NCBI GenBank assembly: GCA_048885865.1
Contig: JBHLLF010000004.1
Location: forward strand, 64,001 to 128,000
Length of the DNA stretch: 64,000 nt
Reading direction: 5' to 3'
Source of the DNA: Candidatus Hermodarchaeota archaeon
GTDB taxonomy: Archaea; Asgardarchaeota; Thorarchaeia; Thorarchaeales; Thorarchaeaceae
Below the pieces are notes generated by a model. That model saw only the letters and a list, made by a program, of their open reading frames with translations, was not told the origin of the DNA and did not search any database. The position numbers and the translations under genes are program-made. Below are positions 29,122 through 37,702 of the stretch, one piece after another. Every line of letters starts with the position of its first letter. The stretch's first letter is position 1.

Positions 29122-30120
29122 CTAATCCACAAAAACGGATGGTTCTAGAATTGCATCTTCAATAGCCGCCTCTTCGATTCTGATGAAGGGATCTCGAAGC
29201 CAGCTTATTAATCCCCAAATGGAAGGGACAAGAGAGATTGTCATAAGGATTATCGAGAATGTGATGACCGTTGCGTAGTCGATTCCCATTGCTCCGAGTA
29301 CAATCAGAAGAATCCCCTCCCTCACACCAATTCCTTGAATTGAAATAGGTACTGTTACAAACATCGCAGTTATTGTTGCAGCCAAGGCTACAGAAATCCA
29401 AGGAAGCTGGATATTTAGAGCTCTTGCCAGAAGCACACTTTGCATTGCGTAGAGCAGCCAGGCCCCACCAGCCAGCATGAGCGCCAAGAGCAGTGAATTC
29501 CACCCTGCAAGACGGAGGGATTCGCTAATTCCAGCACTATGCGCTCCAGGAATCCCTTTCTTCTTCAATCTCCTTATTCGCACACCTATCAGCCAAGGGG
29601 AGAGCAAGAATTTCAAAACTCTGTAAGTGACATAGGAAGCTAACAGAAAAACAGCAACAAACCCAAGTACGGCCAATGCAAAGAGGTAATCGATTTCTAG
29701 TATTGCAAGTACGGCGATTGTGGTTATCAAATAAGGTACAAAGGACGCAATGATGGCATCTAGAAACACACTCATTATCGAACGCTCAGTCGTATTGCCT
29801 CTACCCTTCAAATATGGTACTCTAACAAGGTCGCCGAGCGCTCCGGGCACTGCGAAGCTCATCATCTGGGCAATGCACAGGCCATCAACTGCTTCCAGAA
29901 CATCTAGGCGCAAATCCAGTGCAGATGTAATTACATGCCACCGAGCTCCCTTCAGAATCATAACTGGCACTACCAATGCGGCGGCTAATAGGACTGAAGC
30001 TCCATCAAGTGTTAGTGCCAACTGAGCAACCTGAGTAAAGTCGATACGAAGCAAAAGAAAGAGGAAGAGGATGATTCCAATGAAACGAATCAGATGACGT
30101 GCAAGATTTCTTCGTTTCAT
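29122..30120 (-). CDS. Lysylphosphatidylglycerol-synthase TM / UPF0104 flippase-like protein
   Basis: ARW, PGALGDLVR, PISIQGIGVREG. Confidence 0.88.
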   Translation of the reverse strand: MKRRNLARHLIRFIGIILFLFLLLRIDFTQVAQLALTLDGASVLLAAALVVPVMILKGARWHVITSALDLRLDVLEAVDGLCIAQMMSFAVPGALGDLVRVPYLKGRGNTTERSIMSVFLDAIIASFVPYLITTIAVLAILEIDYLFALAVLGFVAVFLLASYVTYRVLKFLLSPWLIGVRIRRLKKKGIPGAHSAGISESLRLAGWNSLLLALMLAGGAWLLYAMQSVLLARALNIQLPWISVALAATITAMFVTVPISIQGIGVREGILLIVLGAMGIDYATVITFSIILMTISLVPSIWGLISWLRDPFIRIEEAAIEDAILEPSVFVD

Positions 30121-30321
30121 TGAATCTTCACCTATTCGGGTCAGTCAGTCGAATCTTATCTCCGCAGTGTGCCAATGCAAACTTGGTAGAAATATTAGTG
30201 CTGTTGCATGCAAAGCAGAATTGTGAATAGACCCCTGATAATCTCATCGGGTGTGGACTGACAATTGATACCTCTTAACCCCTGCTTTTCATGATTTTAT
30301 GTTGGATGCACTCTGGTGTAC

Positions 30322-30789
30322 TCATGGAGGAGTCCAGTCTAAAGGAATGATTCCAGCGAGAGTTTGTATCAGTTCCTTTGTCCTCTTATCGTCAAATCTG
30401 CAGCTCTCCCAGACCTTTTGCTCAAACACCAGATCATCTTTGTCCCTAATTGAAAATGTGAGCACCGCAGCATTCGGAAGAGCCCTCTCTGTGCAATTCT
30501 GCAAGTCCCATATCTTCTTCTTTGATAACTCTCCAATGAAGGCAGACAGGTCATCATTGGAAAAAGCTGTCTCTCTCTTCTTAGCTGCCTTAGTTTCATT
30601 CTTGATATCGACTGGTGTTCCCTTCGGTATTTTCCAATGTGTAATCTTATCAGAGGTCACAGTGATTCTGAGTCGCGAATAATATGCAGTGTGCCCGGAT
30701 TGGTATTCGAATGAGAAGTTCGCTAATTCGGCTTTTCCTTTTAGCAGGTCCTTTAGGTAGTTCCTCAATTCCTTCTTGGTATATGTCAC
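30322..30789 (-). CDS. Hypothetical protein downstream of actin
   Basis: GAGGT SD, GTG start, globular composition. Confidence 0.75.
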   Translation of the reverse strand: MTYTKKELRNYLKDLLKGKAELANFSFEYQSGHTAYYSRLRITVTSDKITHWKIPKGTPVDIKNETKAAKKRETAFSNDDLSAFIGELSKKKIWDLQNCTERALPNAAVLTFSIRDKDDLVFEQKVWESCRFDDKRTKELIQTLAGIIPLDWTPP

Positions 30790-30874
30790 ATACCTCTACC
30801 TCAACCTCATTGGGTCTTTGATTCAAGTCAAAGAAGTCAGGTTCCATAATAAGCTCATTTGCGACAAAATGCAG

Positions 30875-30920
30875 TTCAAAGAAATAGAAGTTTGAAGGAG
30901 GGCTTTGCGGCCCTACCTTC
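30875..30920 (-). terminator. Hairpin plus pyrimidine-rich tract after the actin stop
   Basis: GAAGG-U-AGGGC-CGCAAA-GCCCU-CCUUC followed by AAACUUCUAUUUCUUU. Confidence 0.55.
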
Positions 30921-30933
30921 AGAGACTGTTGGT

Positions 30934-32073
30934 CTAGATGCACCTATGAATGACTTCGGGTCCTGCTTCCTCGAACTCCTTTCTGGAAACCCACATCTTC
31001 TGGAAGGTCTTCAGCGAGGCAAGGATGCTTCCACCAATCCAGACAGAGTACTGCCTCTCGGGCGGAGCAATAATTCGGACCTCGATGTTCTCTGGGACTA
31101 GCTCAGTGATCTCCTTGTGGAGCCGCTCCTTGAGTCCTGGGAACATGGTAGAACCACCGGACAACACAACGTTGGCATATAGGTCACGTCGCAGGTCGAC
31201 GTCACATGCCTTTATTGACTCAACAATGTGGTCGTCTAGTGGTTGGGTGTCAAGACCGATCGCGCTTGGATTGAAGAACAGCTCGGGTGCCTGGAACCTC
31301 TCTGCTCCAACAGTAATCACCTCACCGTCTGGTAGCATGTAAGGCTTGTCGACACCGGCCTTGTCGGCTACGGTTCGCTCTCTCTCAGGATCAAGGGCTA
31401 CGTAACATAGCTTCTCCTTGACATCCCTGACAATTTCCTTCTCTGCACCGCTGACAAAGGAGTAACCCCTCTGTCTGAGCAGTCTGCGCAGATACTCGGT
31501 GATGTCACGGCCTGCGAGGTCGATTCTTTTGATGGCGTGGGTGATAGCAAAGCCCTCGTAAATCGGGACAATGTGTGTCACACCATCTCCAGAGTCAATA
31601 ACTAGCCCCGTCGTTCTTCCGGACGCGTATAGCGAAAGCACTGCCTGTGTGGCAACGTACACTGCTGGAACACCAAAATTGTCAAACATTACTGAGGCCA
31701 TTCTCTCACGGTTCTCACGTGGGTTGAATGGTGCTTCAGTCAGTAGGACTGGGTTCTCACTAGGGTCTACTTTGAGGTCATTATAGAACGTGTAGCTCCA
31801 TATCTTCTCAATAGCGTCCCAGTCATCAATCACACCGTGTGTGATAGGATAGACCAGTCGCAGAACACCACGCAGGTTGATGGCTTCCTCACCGATGTAG
31901 TAGTCTCTGGTATAGTGATCAACATCGGTCATGATTGATTCGTATCTTGGATATCCAATCAGTGTGGGCCAAACACTTCGTGGCTGATCTTCGCCGGCGT
32001 ATCCGTTCTTGCTAAGGCCAGTGCCGTTGTCAATGACAATGGGCTTCGCGCCAAGGAACTCGTCTTCAGCCAT
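30934..32073 (-). CDS. Actin (Asgard Lokiactin-type, eukaryote-like)
   Basis: [86 protein letters not shown]. Confidence 0.98.
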   Translation of the reverse strand: MAEDEFLGAKPIVIDNGTGLSKNGYAGEDQPRSVWPTLIGYPRYESIMTDVDHYTRDYYIGEEAINLRGVLRLVYPITHGVIDDWDAIEKIWSYTFYNDLKVDPSENPVLLTEAPFNPRENRERMASVMFDNFGVPAVYVATQAVLSLYASGRTTGLVIDSGDGVTHIVPIYEGFAITHAIKRIDLAGRDITEYLRRLLRQRGYSFVSGAEKEIVRDVKEKLCYVALDPERERTVADKAGVDKPYMLPDGEVITVGAERFQAPELFFNPSAIGLDTQPLDDHIVESIKACDVDLRRDLYANVVLSGGSTMFPGLKERLHKEITELVPENIEVRIIAPPERQYSVWIGGSILASLKTFQKMWVSRKEFEEAGPEVIHRCI

Positions 32074-32245
32074 TTTTTTCGGTCCTCTTTTTCTGGTTAA
32101 TGAGTAGATCTCAGAACCTAGATTCTAACTCAGAGTTCACGGAACTCTTCGCTGATGTACTGTTGCCTTTCGACCATATTTAAGACTATTCTGTCTTAGT
32201 CTCTTTAATTCAAAGAATTATCTTATGTATATTCGATTGCTACGA

Positions 32246-32259
32246 GACCTACATAGGTC
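32246..32259. promoter_or_regulatory. Palindrome GACCTA-CA-TAGGTC, candidate operator between divergent actin and wHTH-CARF genes
   Basis: Perfect 6-2-6 inverted repeat in the middle of an AT-rich intergenic region. Confidence 0.35.
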
Positions 32260-32418
32260 ATGTATTTCTGGCGCTTTTACTAGCTTTGAAATGCTTCTCT
32301 AAAGGCGGTATATACATCATTAGGCATATATTTGTTTTAATCAATAGTGCAGGAAATAACATTACATAGACGGAATATATATATAATATATGTCTTTGAA
32401 GTAAAGTGGCGCGAAACG

Positions 32419-33216
32419 ATGTTCTGGGAAACTGCAGACACGGTCATCAGACGGGAGATTCAGATTGACGCCAGAAGGATAATACTTGATCTGTTAGAAG
32501 GTGGTCCGAAGACAGGGATAGAACTGCGGGAAGCCATCAAGCGATTCAAACAGACCCAAGAGATGGACAAGGCTAGAGAGGAGAAGCGAAAGCTCACCAA
32601 GAAGCAGATACAAGCCATCAATGTAACCGACCCGCACCTGTATCACAATACGAAACACCTGGAGAATCTCCAAATAATCACTAGCAGGAAGAGCTCAAGA
32701 ATACGGCTCTTTGGACTGGTGCCATGGGCAATCCAACCTGTGAGAAGAGTTCTAGGGATAACTCGCCCAGTGGCTCTCATTACCTCGATGTCACGCCCCG
32801 AAGATCAGAGACCATTCATCACTTGGCTGAATGACCAAAAAGATTTCGACGTGAGAGCACTCCATGTCATAGTCGAAGATCGAACCTTTGCAAGAGGCTC
32901 GTCAAGGGATCTGGCAAGATACCTGCCTGAAAAGGCCGAGCCTAGGTGGGAGATACAGTGGCACGACTTGCCCGTCGACTCTGCAGGCAACTATGACACA
33001 AATATCCCCGGCGATGTTATGCTCACCCAGCGAGAGATTGAGAACATAATAACTGACAACATCACTCAGTATGATCTTGTTATTGATCTCTCGACAGGAC
33101 CACCCCTGATTGTGCTTGCACTCTCACTCTTGGCCATGCATTACTCGCTAAGTGCCATATTCGTGAATCACAAGGATGGTAGCAATATCATAACTCGAGT
33201 GTTGCCAAGGGGCTGA
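32419..33216 (+). CDS. N-terminal winged-HTH + C-terminal CARF-like domain protein
   Basis: ARRIILDLLEGGPKTGIEL...LYHNTKHLENLQII wHTH; Rossmann-like domain with LVIDLSTGPPLIVLALSLLA (CARF D-x-S/T-G-G strand-helix position). Confidence 0.72.
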   Translation: MFWETADTVIRREIQIDARRIILDLLEGGPKTGIELREAIKRFKQTQEMDKAREEKRKLTKKQIQAINVTDPHLYHNTKHLENLQIITSRKSSRIRLFGLVPWAIQPVRRVLGITRPVALITSMSRPEDQRPFITWLNDQKDFDVRALHVIVEDRTFARGSSRDLARYLPEKAEPRWEIQWHDLPVDSAGNYDTNIPGDVMLTQREIENIITDNITQYDLVIDLSTGPPLIVLALSLLAMHYSLSAIFVNHKDGSNIITRVLPRG

Positions 33217-33222
33217 GCCAAG

Positions 33223-33906
33223 TTGGAGCAGGGTAGAGAGCTTTCTTGGGAACCAATAGGTCTCGAGAGCACACTGAATGAGATGGTCAACATTGTCAGA
33301 GAAATAGAGGAAACTACTCCATCTCACAGCAAGCGGACGCTCCGTAAGACAAGGAAATGGATTCAACAGCTCAGCGAGGTTTTAGATTCTCTGGACAAGA
33401 TTCGGACTGAGCTGAAGCCTCGACTTGAGGATGCGCTGTGTCTTTCGATCAGGGATATGGAATTGCTCCAAGTAGCCATGTTTCAGCCAAGTACAAAGAA
33501 TCTCTTCAGCGAGCTGCAAATTCAGCTATCGATGGACGAGAGAAGTCCACTTGACAAAGAGGACTACGATATTCTTGTGTCACTAAGCGAGATTGCGCAG
33601 TCATTGGCGTTGGTGGGCGATGCGGCAATCTCGATGGCAGTATTGCATTACATCTGGCAACCAAAGGCCACAGATGTTGGAACGTTGACTCAACGTCGAG
33701 CTGATATTGTGAGTAATGAGCATCTGGCAAAGGTCTGTGACTCTTGGGGGCTTTATGAAGAACGCATCCATTTCGACCCTGCGAGTTCCAGCAAGTCAGA
33801 GATGAACCATGACAAAGGCACCCTTGTTGAAGCAATCTACGGGATAATTTACATTGAGAATGGGTTCAGCAAAGTCAGAGAACTGATTCCACTACTAGTC
33901 GGGTGA
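33223..33906 (+). CDS. RNase III catalytic-domain protein without dsRBD (Mini-III-like active site)
   Basis: LQVAMFQPS, SLALVGDAAI, GTLTQRRADIVSNEHLA, GTLVEAIYGIIY. Confidence 0.85.
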   Translation: MEQGRELSWEPIGLESTLNEMVNIVREIEETTPSHSKRTLRKTRKWIQQLSEVLDSLDKIRTELKPRLEDALCLSIRDMELLQVAMFQPSTKNLFSELQIQLSMDERSPLDKEDYDILVSLSEIAQSLALVGDAAISMAVLHYIWQPKATDVGTLTQRRADIVSNEHLAKVCDSWGLYEERIHFDPASSSKSEMNHDKGTLVEAIYGIIYIENGFSKVRELIPLLVG

Positions 33907-33916
33907 TGACATGCAC

Positions 33917-35404
33917 TTATGCTTCGGTCATGTCATATTCGGCTCTTAGATCCTTTGCTCCTTCTGTTCCAGGAAACATCTGGAGAAACCGTTTCCGAAT
34001 TGCCTTTGCATCCTCGGGATCCGAATATACGCGAACTGATGGGATAGTTTCCTTTTGCTTGTTGAGGATTTGCATGAGGGGTTGGCCCTCCTCAATTGAA
34101 TCAAGCGTTACTGTATCAAGACTTGTGGTTTCTCCACCAACTAGGAGAGGAATTTTACCAAGAATATCCTCGCCTAGCTTTGGGTTCACTACATCAATGA
34201 TGACTTTACCAATATCTCCTGCGACATCGGCCTCCATGTCAATCAGTTTATCAATATCTGTCAGGGTCGCTAGCAATGCGTCTTTTGAAGCCTGTTCAAA
34301 GGATGATAGTGACCGTGACAGTACTACCTTGAACATTCTCCGGTGTCTAATTCTTCTTGCATAATCTCTCACGAACTCAATCTCTGAATTCTTAAACCAC
34401 AGATATAGATCAGCGTCTGTCATTCGGGTAAATAGTCCAAAACATTCGTTCCTTGATAGTCCTTCTTCTCGTACTCGGAAGTATGTTGCCTTCGATGTTA
34501 TGGCTTCAGCAAGCTTAACAGCGTGATGGAGGTAAAGATCACTAAACATCCAGTTCCTACTCATGATTAAGGATTCCAAAGAATGCAGGGCCTTAAGCAT
34601 GAATGCCCTCACATATTTACCATCGGGCATTCTGACCACGCGATTTGTCAACATGACTCGCTCTGCAGGAAAGATACCTAGTTGGACTCCGCTGAAGTGG
34701 GCATCTCGAATCAGATAGTCTGTCTTGTCTATATCCAGGGGATGATCAAGAAAATCAGACAGAAGCATCCAAACTGGATCCTTTGCTTTTCTACGAAAAA
34801 CATCAACAACCGTACTTGGCTCAATGCCATTCTCCTTCAAGATATCAGATAGGCCACTGTGCTTAATGAGATACTCACCTAAGTCCAAGTGGTCGATACC
34901 AGCCCAACTCTGGAGAGCATACTCGATAGTATGCGATGTTGGAGGATGACCAACATCATGAAGAAGAGCCGCTGCTCTGAATACCTTCTGCTGGTAGTCA
35001 TCAAGGAGATTGGATAGCGGATAGAAGCAAGGCTTATCCAGGTCGTCACAGTAGTTGACAACGCGTATGCACTTCTGCGCCAAGAAGTTGGTTCCAACAC
35101 AGTGGAGAAACCTAGTGTGAGTTGCTCCGGGATAAACCAGATGTGCTGGGCCTAGCTGTTTGATAAAGCGAAGTCGCAGCATCTCAATGCTGGAGAGGAT
35201 GTCTAGTTCCCAGGGGTCAAAAATGATTGCACCATGTACTGGATCTTGGATGGCTTTCTGACGTGTGTGCTTTTCCTCAACTGACCATAAACGCCTGCGT
35301 CGTTCTATCTTATTATGTATCTCATCCCAAGCATCACCTCTTGCAGACTTTGCCTCGGCAATAGCTCGCTCTCGAAAACCTGTCAACCGAATCAATTCAG
35401 CCAT
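33917..35404 (-). CDS. HD-domain phosphohydrolase (SAMHD1/dNTPase-like family)
   Basis: DPVHG, RLRFIKQLG, YPGATHTRFLH, LLHDVGH..SH, DIDKTDY..RD. Confidence 0.9.
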   Translation of the reverse strand: MAELIRLTGFRERAIAEAKSARGDAWDEIHNKIERRRRLWSVEEKHTRQKAIQDPVHGAIIFDPWELDILSSIEMLRLRFIKQLGPAHLVYPGATHTRFLHCVGTNFLAQKCIRVVNYCDDLDKPCFYPLSNLLDDYQQKVFRAAALLHDVGHPPTSHTIEYALQSWAGIDHLDLGEYLIKHSGLSDILKENGIEPSTVVDVFRRKAKDPVWMLLSDFLDHPLDIDKTDYLIRDAHFSGVQLGIFPAERVMLTNRVVRMPDGKYVRAFMLKALHSLESLIMSRNWMFSDLYLHHAVKLAEAITSKATYFRVREEGLSRNECFGLFTRMTDADLYLWFKNSEIEFVRDYARRIRHRRMFKVVLSRSLSSFEQASKDALLATLTDIDKLIDMEADVAGDIGKVIIDVVNPKLGEDILGKIPLLVGGETTSLDTVTLDSIEEGQPLMQILNKQKETIPSVRVYSDPEDAKAIRKRFLQMFPGTEGAKDLRAEYDMTEA

Positions 35405-35513
35405 TTCGACATCAAGGCCTTTAACTGCTGAACTCTCTCCTTTGGTAATCTCCTTTCACCTGCATATTCCATATGCCTCCGTTATTTAAGCAATGGCCAT
35501 GATAGAGAGAATT

Positions 35514-36122
35514 CTACTGAGGGGAGAGGTCTCGGGATCTCTTGACTCTCTCACGAGCGCCACTATAGTCCAGTGTATTCTCACGTTCCATTGCCTCACA
35601 ATACTCATCAGGTTTGCAGTAGTCCCAGCCCTGCAAGGTCTTGCACCAGGGAGCTGAATGCACCTTGTAGAAGGGTGGATCAATAAGGTTAGCAACTACG
35701 AGAAAGTCAGCAACAACTTTAATCGCGTTGTTCTTGAATGCTTCTTGAATACAAGGTGGAGCTCGTTCGACTATCCTAGGGTTTATCCGAAAAAGTCTGC
35801 TCCAGAGAAGACACTTTTTGGCGATATAGAGAAAATCGCACTTTGGACAAAGACTGGCACGAATTGAGAGCCTGCATAATTCATTTCTACTCTTTTTTGT
35901 CAGTCCTGATTCACGCAGTACATGAAACTTGATGTCTACAAACCACTCAGGCGTAAATGCACCAAATTCGTCTATGAATGATTGAAGCTCAGACTGGACT
36001 TCATCTTCCGTAGAGGCCCAGTGTTCTTCGGTAAGGAGTGGCTTTCGCGTTTTTTCAACCATAGAATATTCATCCTCATATCCCGCAAAGGTCATCTTAA
36101 ACGCATCAGTTGGATTGAGCAA
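35514..36122 (-). CDS. Short primase large subunit (PriL)-like Fe-S protein
   Basis: PPCI ... PWCKTL..WDYC..DEYC....NTLDY matches PriL C-terminal Cys spacing. Confidence 0.55.
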   Translation of the reverse strand: MLNPTDAFKMTFAGYEDEYSMVEKTRKPLLTEEHWASTEDEVQSELQSFIDEFGAFTPEWFVDIKFHVLRESGLTKKSRNELCRLSIRASLCPKCDFLYIAKKCLLWSRLFRINPRIVERAPPCIQEAFKNNAIKVVADFLVVANLIDPPFYKVHSAPWCKTLQGWDYCKPDEYCEAMERENTLDYSGARERVKRSRDLSPQ

Positions 36123-36219
36123 TCCAGTTGGAAAGATTCAAAGCTTGTTGGAGCAACTCTTAAATCAGGGAATCGGCGTTCCTGCCTTACAGCGCCTCTT
36201 CTGACGAGGTCACGGCCAG

Positions 36220-37233
36220 ATGACCAAACTTAGCCTACTATCCGAACACTCCCTAAGAGAGGGAGTCACATCACTCGAAGTTGTGGACCTAACCGGTAGT
36301 GGAAAAGCTAACGTTGTAGTATCAACCATGAACGGAGACCTCAGAGTTTTTGAGCTGACCAAAGGAAAGACGCCAAAGCTAAGGGAGATAGCTAACACAA
36401 GTGACCTTCCGCCAGTTGCTGCTTTAGACGTTGGAGATGTCCTAGGCAATGGTGTTCCTGACTTTGTTGTAGCGGGACTCGACAATCATCTCCGACTACT
36501 TGTGTTTATGGACAACAAGTTACAGGTGAAGAGTTCGACTCCTGTGGGAGCCATTCCGACGTCCTTGGTGGTTGCCAATGTACTTAGTGACAAGAGCGCA
36601 GAAGTCATTGTATCCACAACTGACCAAGCCCTCAGGTGTTACGGATGGTTTGACGTAGTTCTGGATAAGTTGGCACACAAGGTCGTGGACAATCCAGTCC
36701 TTTCGATGCGACGATTGTCAATAGAGAACGTCCCCTACAGTAGGTTCGTTTTCGGAGATGAAAATGGCAACCTCTTCGTATATCAGTACGCTGACGATAG
36801 GCTTCACGAAGTATGGAGAATGAAGGTAGGGAAGGAAGTCTATCATATTGCCACTGGTAATATCGCTGGCGGAAGATATGACGAAATCGTAAGTGTTTCA
36901 GACAAACGTACAATAACGCTTCTAAGAGTCGAACAACAGGCGCTTGAAAAGGTGCTATCAATCAAGGCTCCCGATCCAGTAACTGCAGTGAGAATGGGTA
37001 GAATTCTCCAAGACACACCAGCAGGACAGATTCTACTCAGTCTTCAGGACTCCACGATATTACTGCTAGGCTTCAATGGCATTGAATTGATAGAGCTAGC
37101 CTCTCTCAGGACTGCTTCGAAATCTGCAGAGTCCATGGTAGCTTTTGGAGACCTTACTGGCGATTCAAGAAATGAGATCGTTCAAGCGATAGGAAACAAG
37201 ATATTTATCGTTACGATTGATGAGACGGCATGA
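36220..37233 (+). CDS. Cytoplasmic seven-bladed FG-GAP/VCBS-like beta-propeller
   Basis: Repeats of type D-x-x-G-x-G-x-x-E/D-I/V-V; no signal peptide. Confidence 0.8.
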   Translation: MTKLSLLSEHSLREGVTSLEVVDLTGSGKANVVVSTMNGDLRVFELTKGKTPKLREIANTSDLPPVAALDVGDVLGNGVPDFVVAGLDNHLRLLVFMDNKLQVKSSTPVGAIPTSLVVANVLSDKSAEVIVSTTDQALRCYGWFDVVLDKLAHKVVDNPVLSMRRLSIENVPYSRFVFGDENGNLFVYQYADDRLHEVWRMKVGKEVYHIATGNIAGGRYDEIVSVSDKRTITLLRVEQQALEKVLSIKAPDPVTAVRMGRILQDTPAGQILLSLQDSTILLLGFNGIELIELASLRTASKSAESMVAFGDLTGDSRNEIVQAIGNKIFIVTIDETA

Positions 37234-37236
37234 AAC

Positions 37237-37668
37237 TTACAGCTCGGGCATGAAGACTTCGTTTGGTTGAAGCACTTCAATCATCCTGACCGAAGCTTTG
37301 GATTTGATGCGAGGAACTACTTCCGTATCAAGCCAGGCCTTCACATTTGCCCGTGCCATCTCGATATTCTCTGCCTCTGCATTCATATCGAACCTGATGA
37401 ATAAGTTGTAGGGCTCCCTCTCTGACACATCCTTTTTGATCATCGCCCAGAAGGCCTTAGAACCAGCAGGGATATCGATTCGACCAAGGATTTCCGACCA
37501 AGATTTACCTTCCAATCTCTTTGACACTATGGCCAGATCCTTCAATTCTGGGAGTTCCTTAAGGGCATCAAGAATAAGCTGGCCTGAGGTCTTAGTATCC
37601 TTGATTTCTTCGAACTCTGCTATCAAGTAATGATCGGCTCTGAACTTGGGCATGGGCATTTGCTCCAT
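37237..37668 (-). CDS. Hypothetical protein
   Basis: Globular ORF; start moved to avoid overlap with the upstream gene. Confidence 0.65.
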   Translation of the reverse strand: MEQMPMPKFRADHYLIAEFEEIKDTKTSGQLILDALKELPELKDLAIVSKRLEGKSWSEILGRIDIPAGSKAFWAMIKKDVSEREPYNLFIRFDMNAEAENIEMARANVKAWLDTEVVPRIKSKASVRMIEVLQPNEVFMPEL

Positions 37669-37702
37669 CCATGTGATGAGGCCGCCTGTCTGCGCTCTAC
37701 TC

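Noticed and set aside
32347-32418. N-terminal extension of the CARF ORF given in the ORF track
   Set aside because: Runs through the AT-rich promoter (ATATATATATAATATAT); ATG 32419 is the more plausible start
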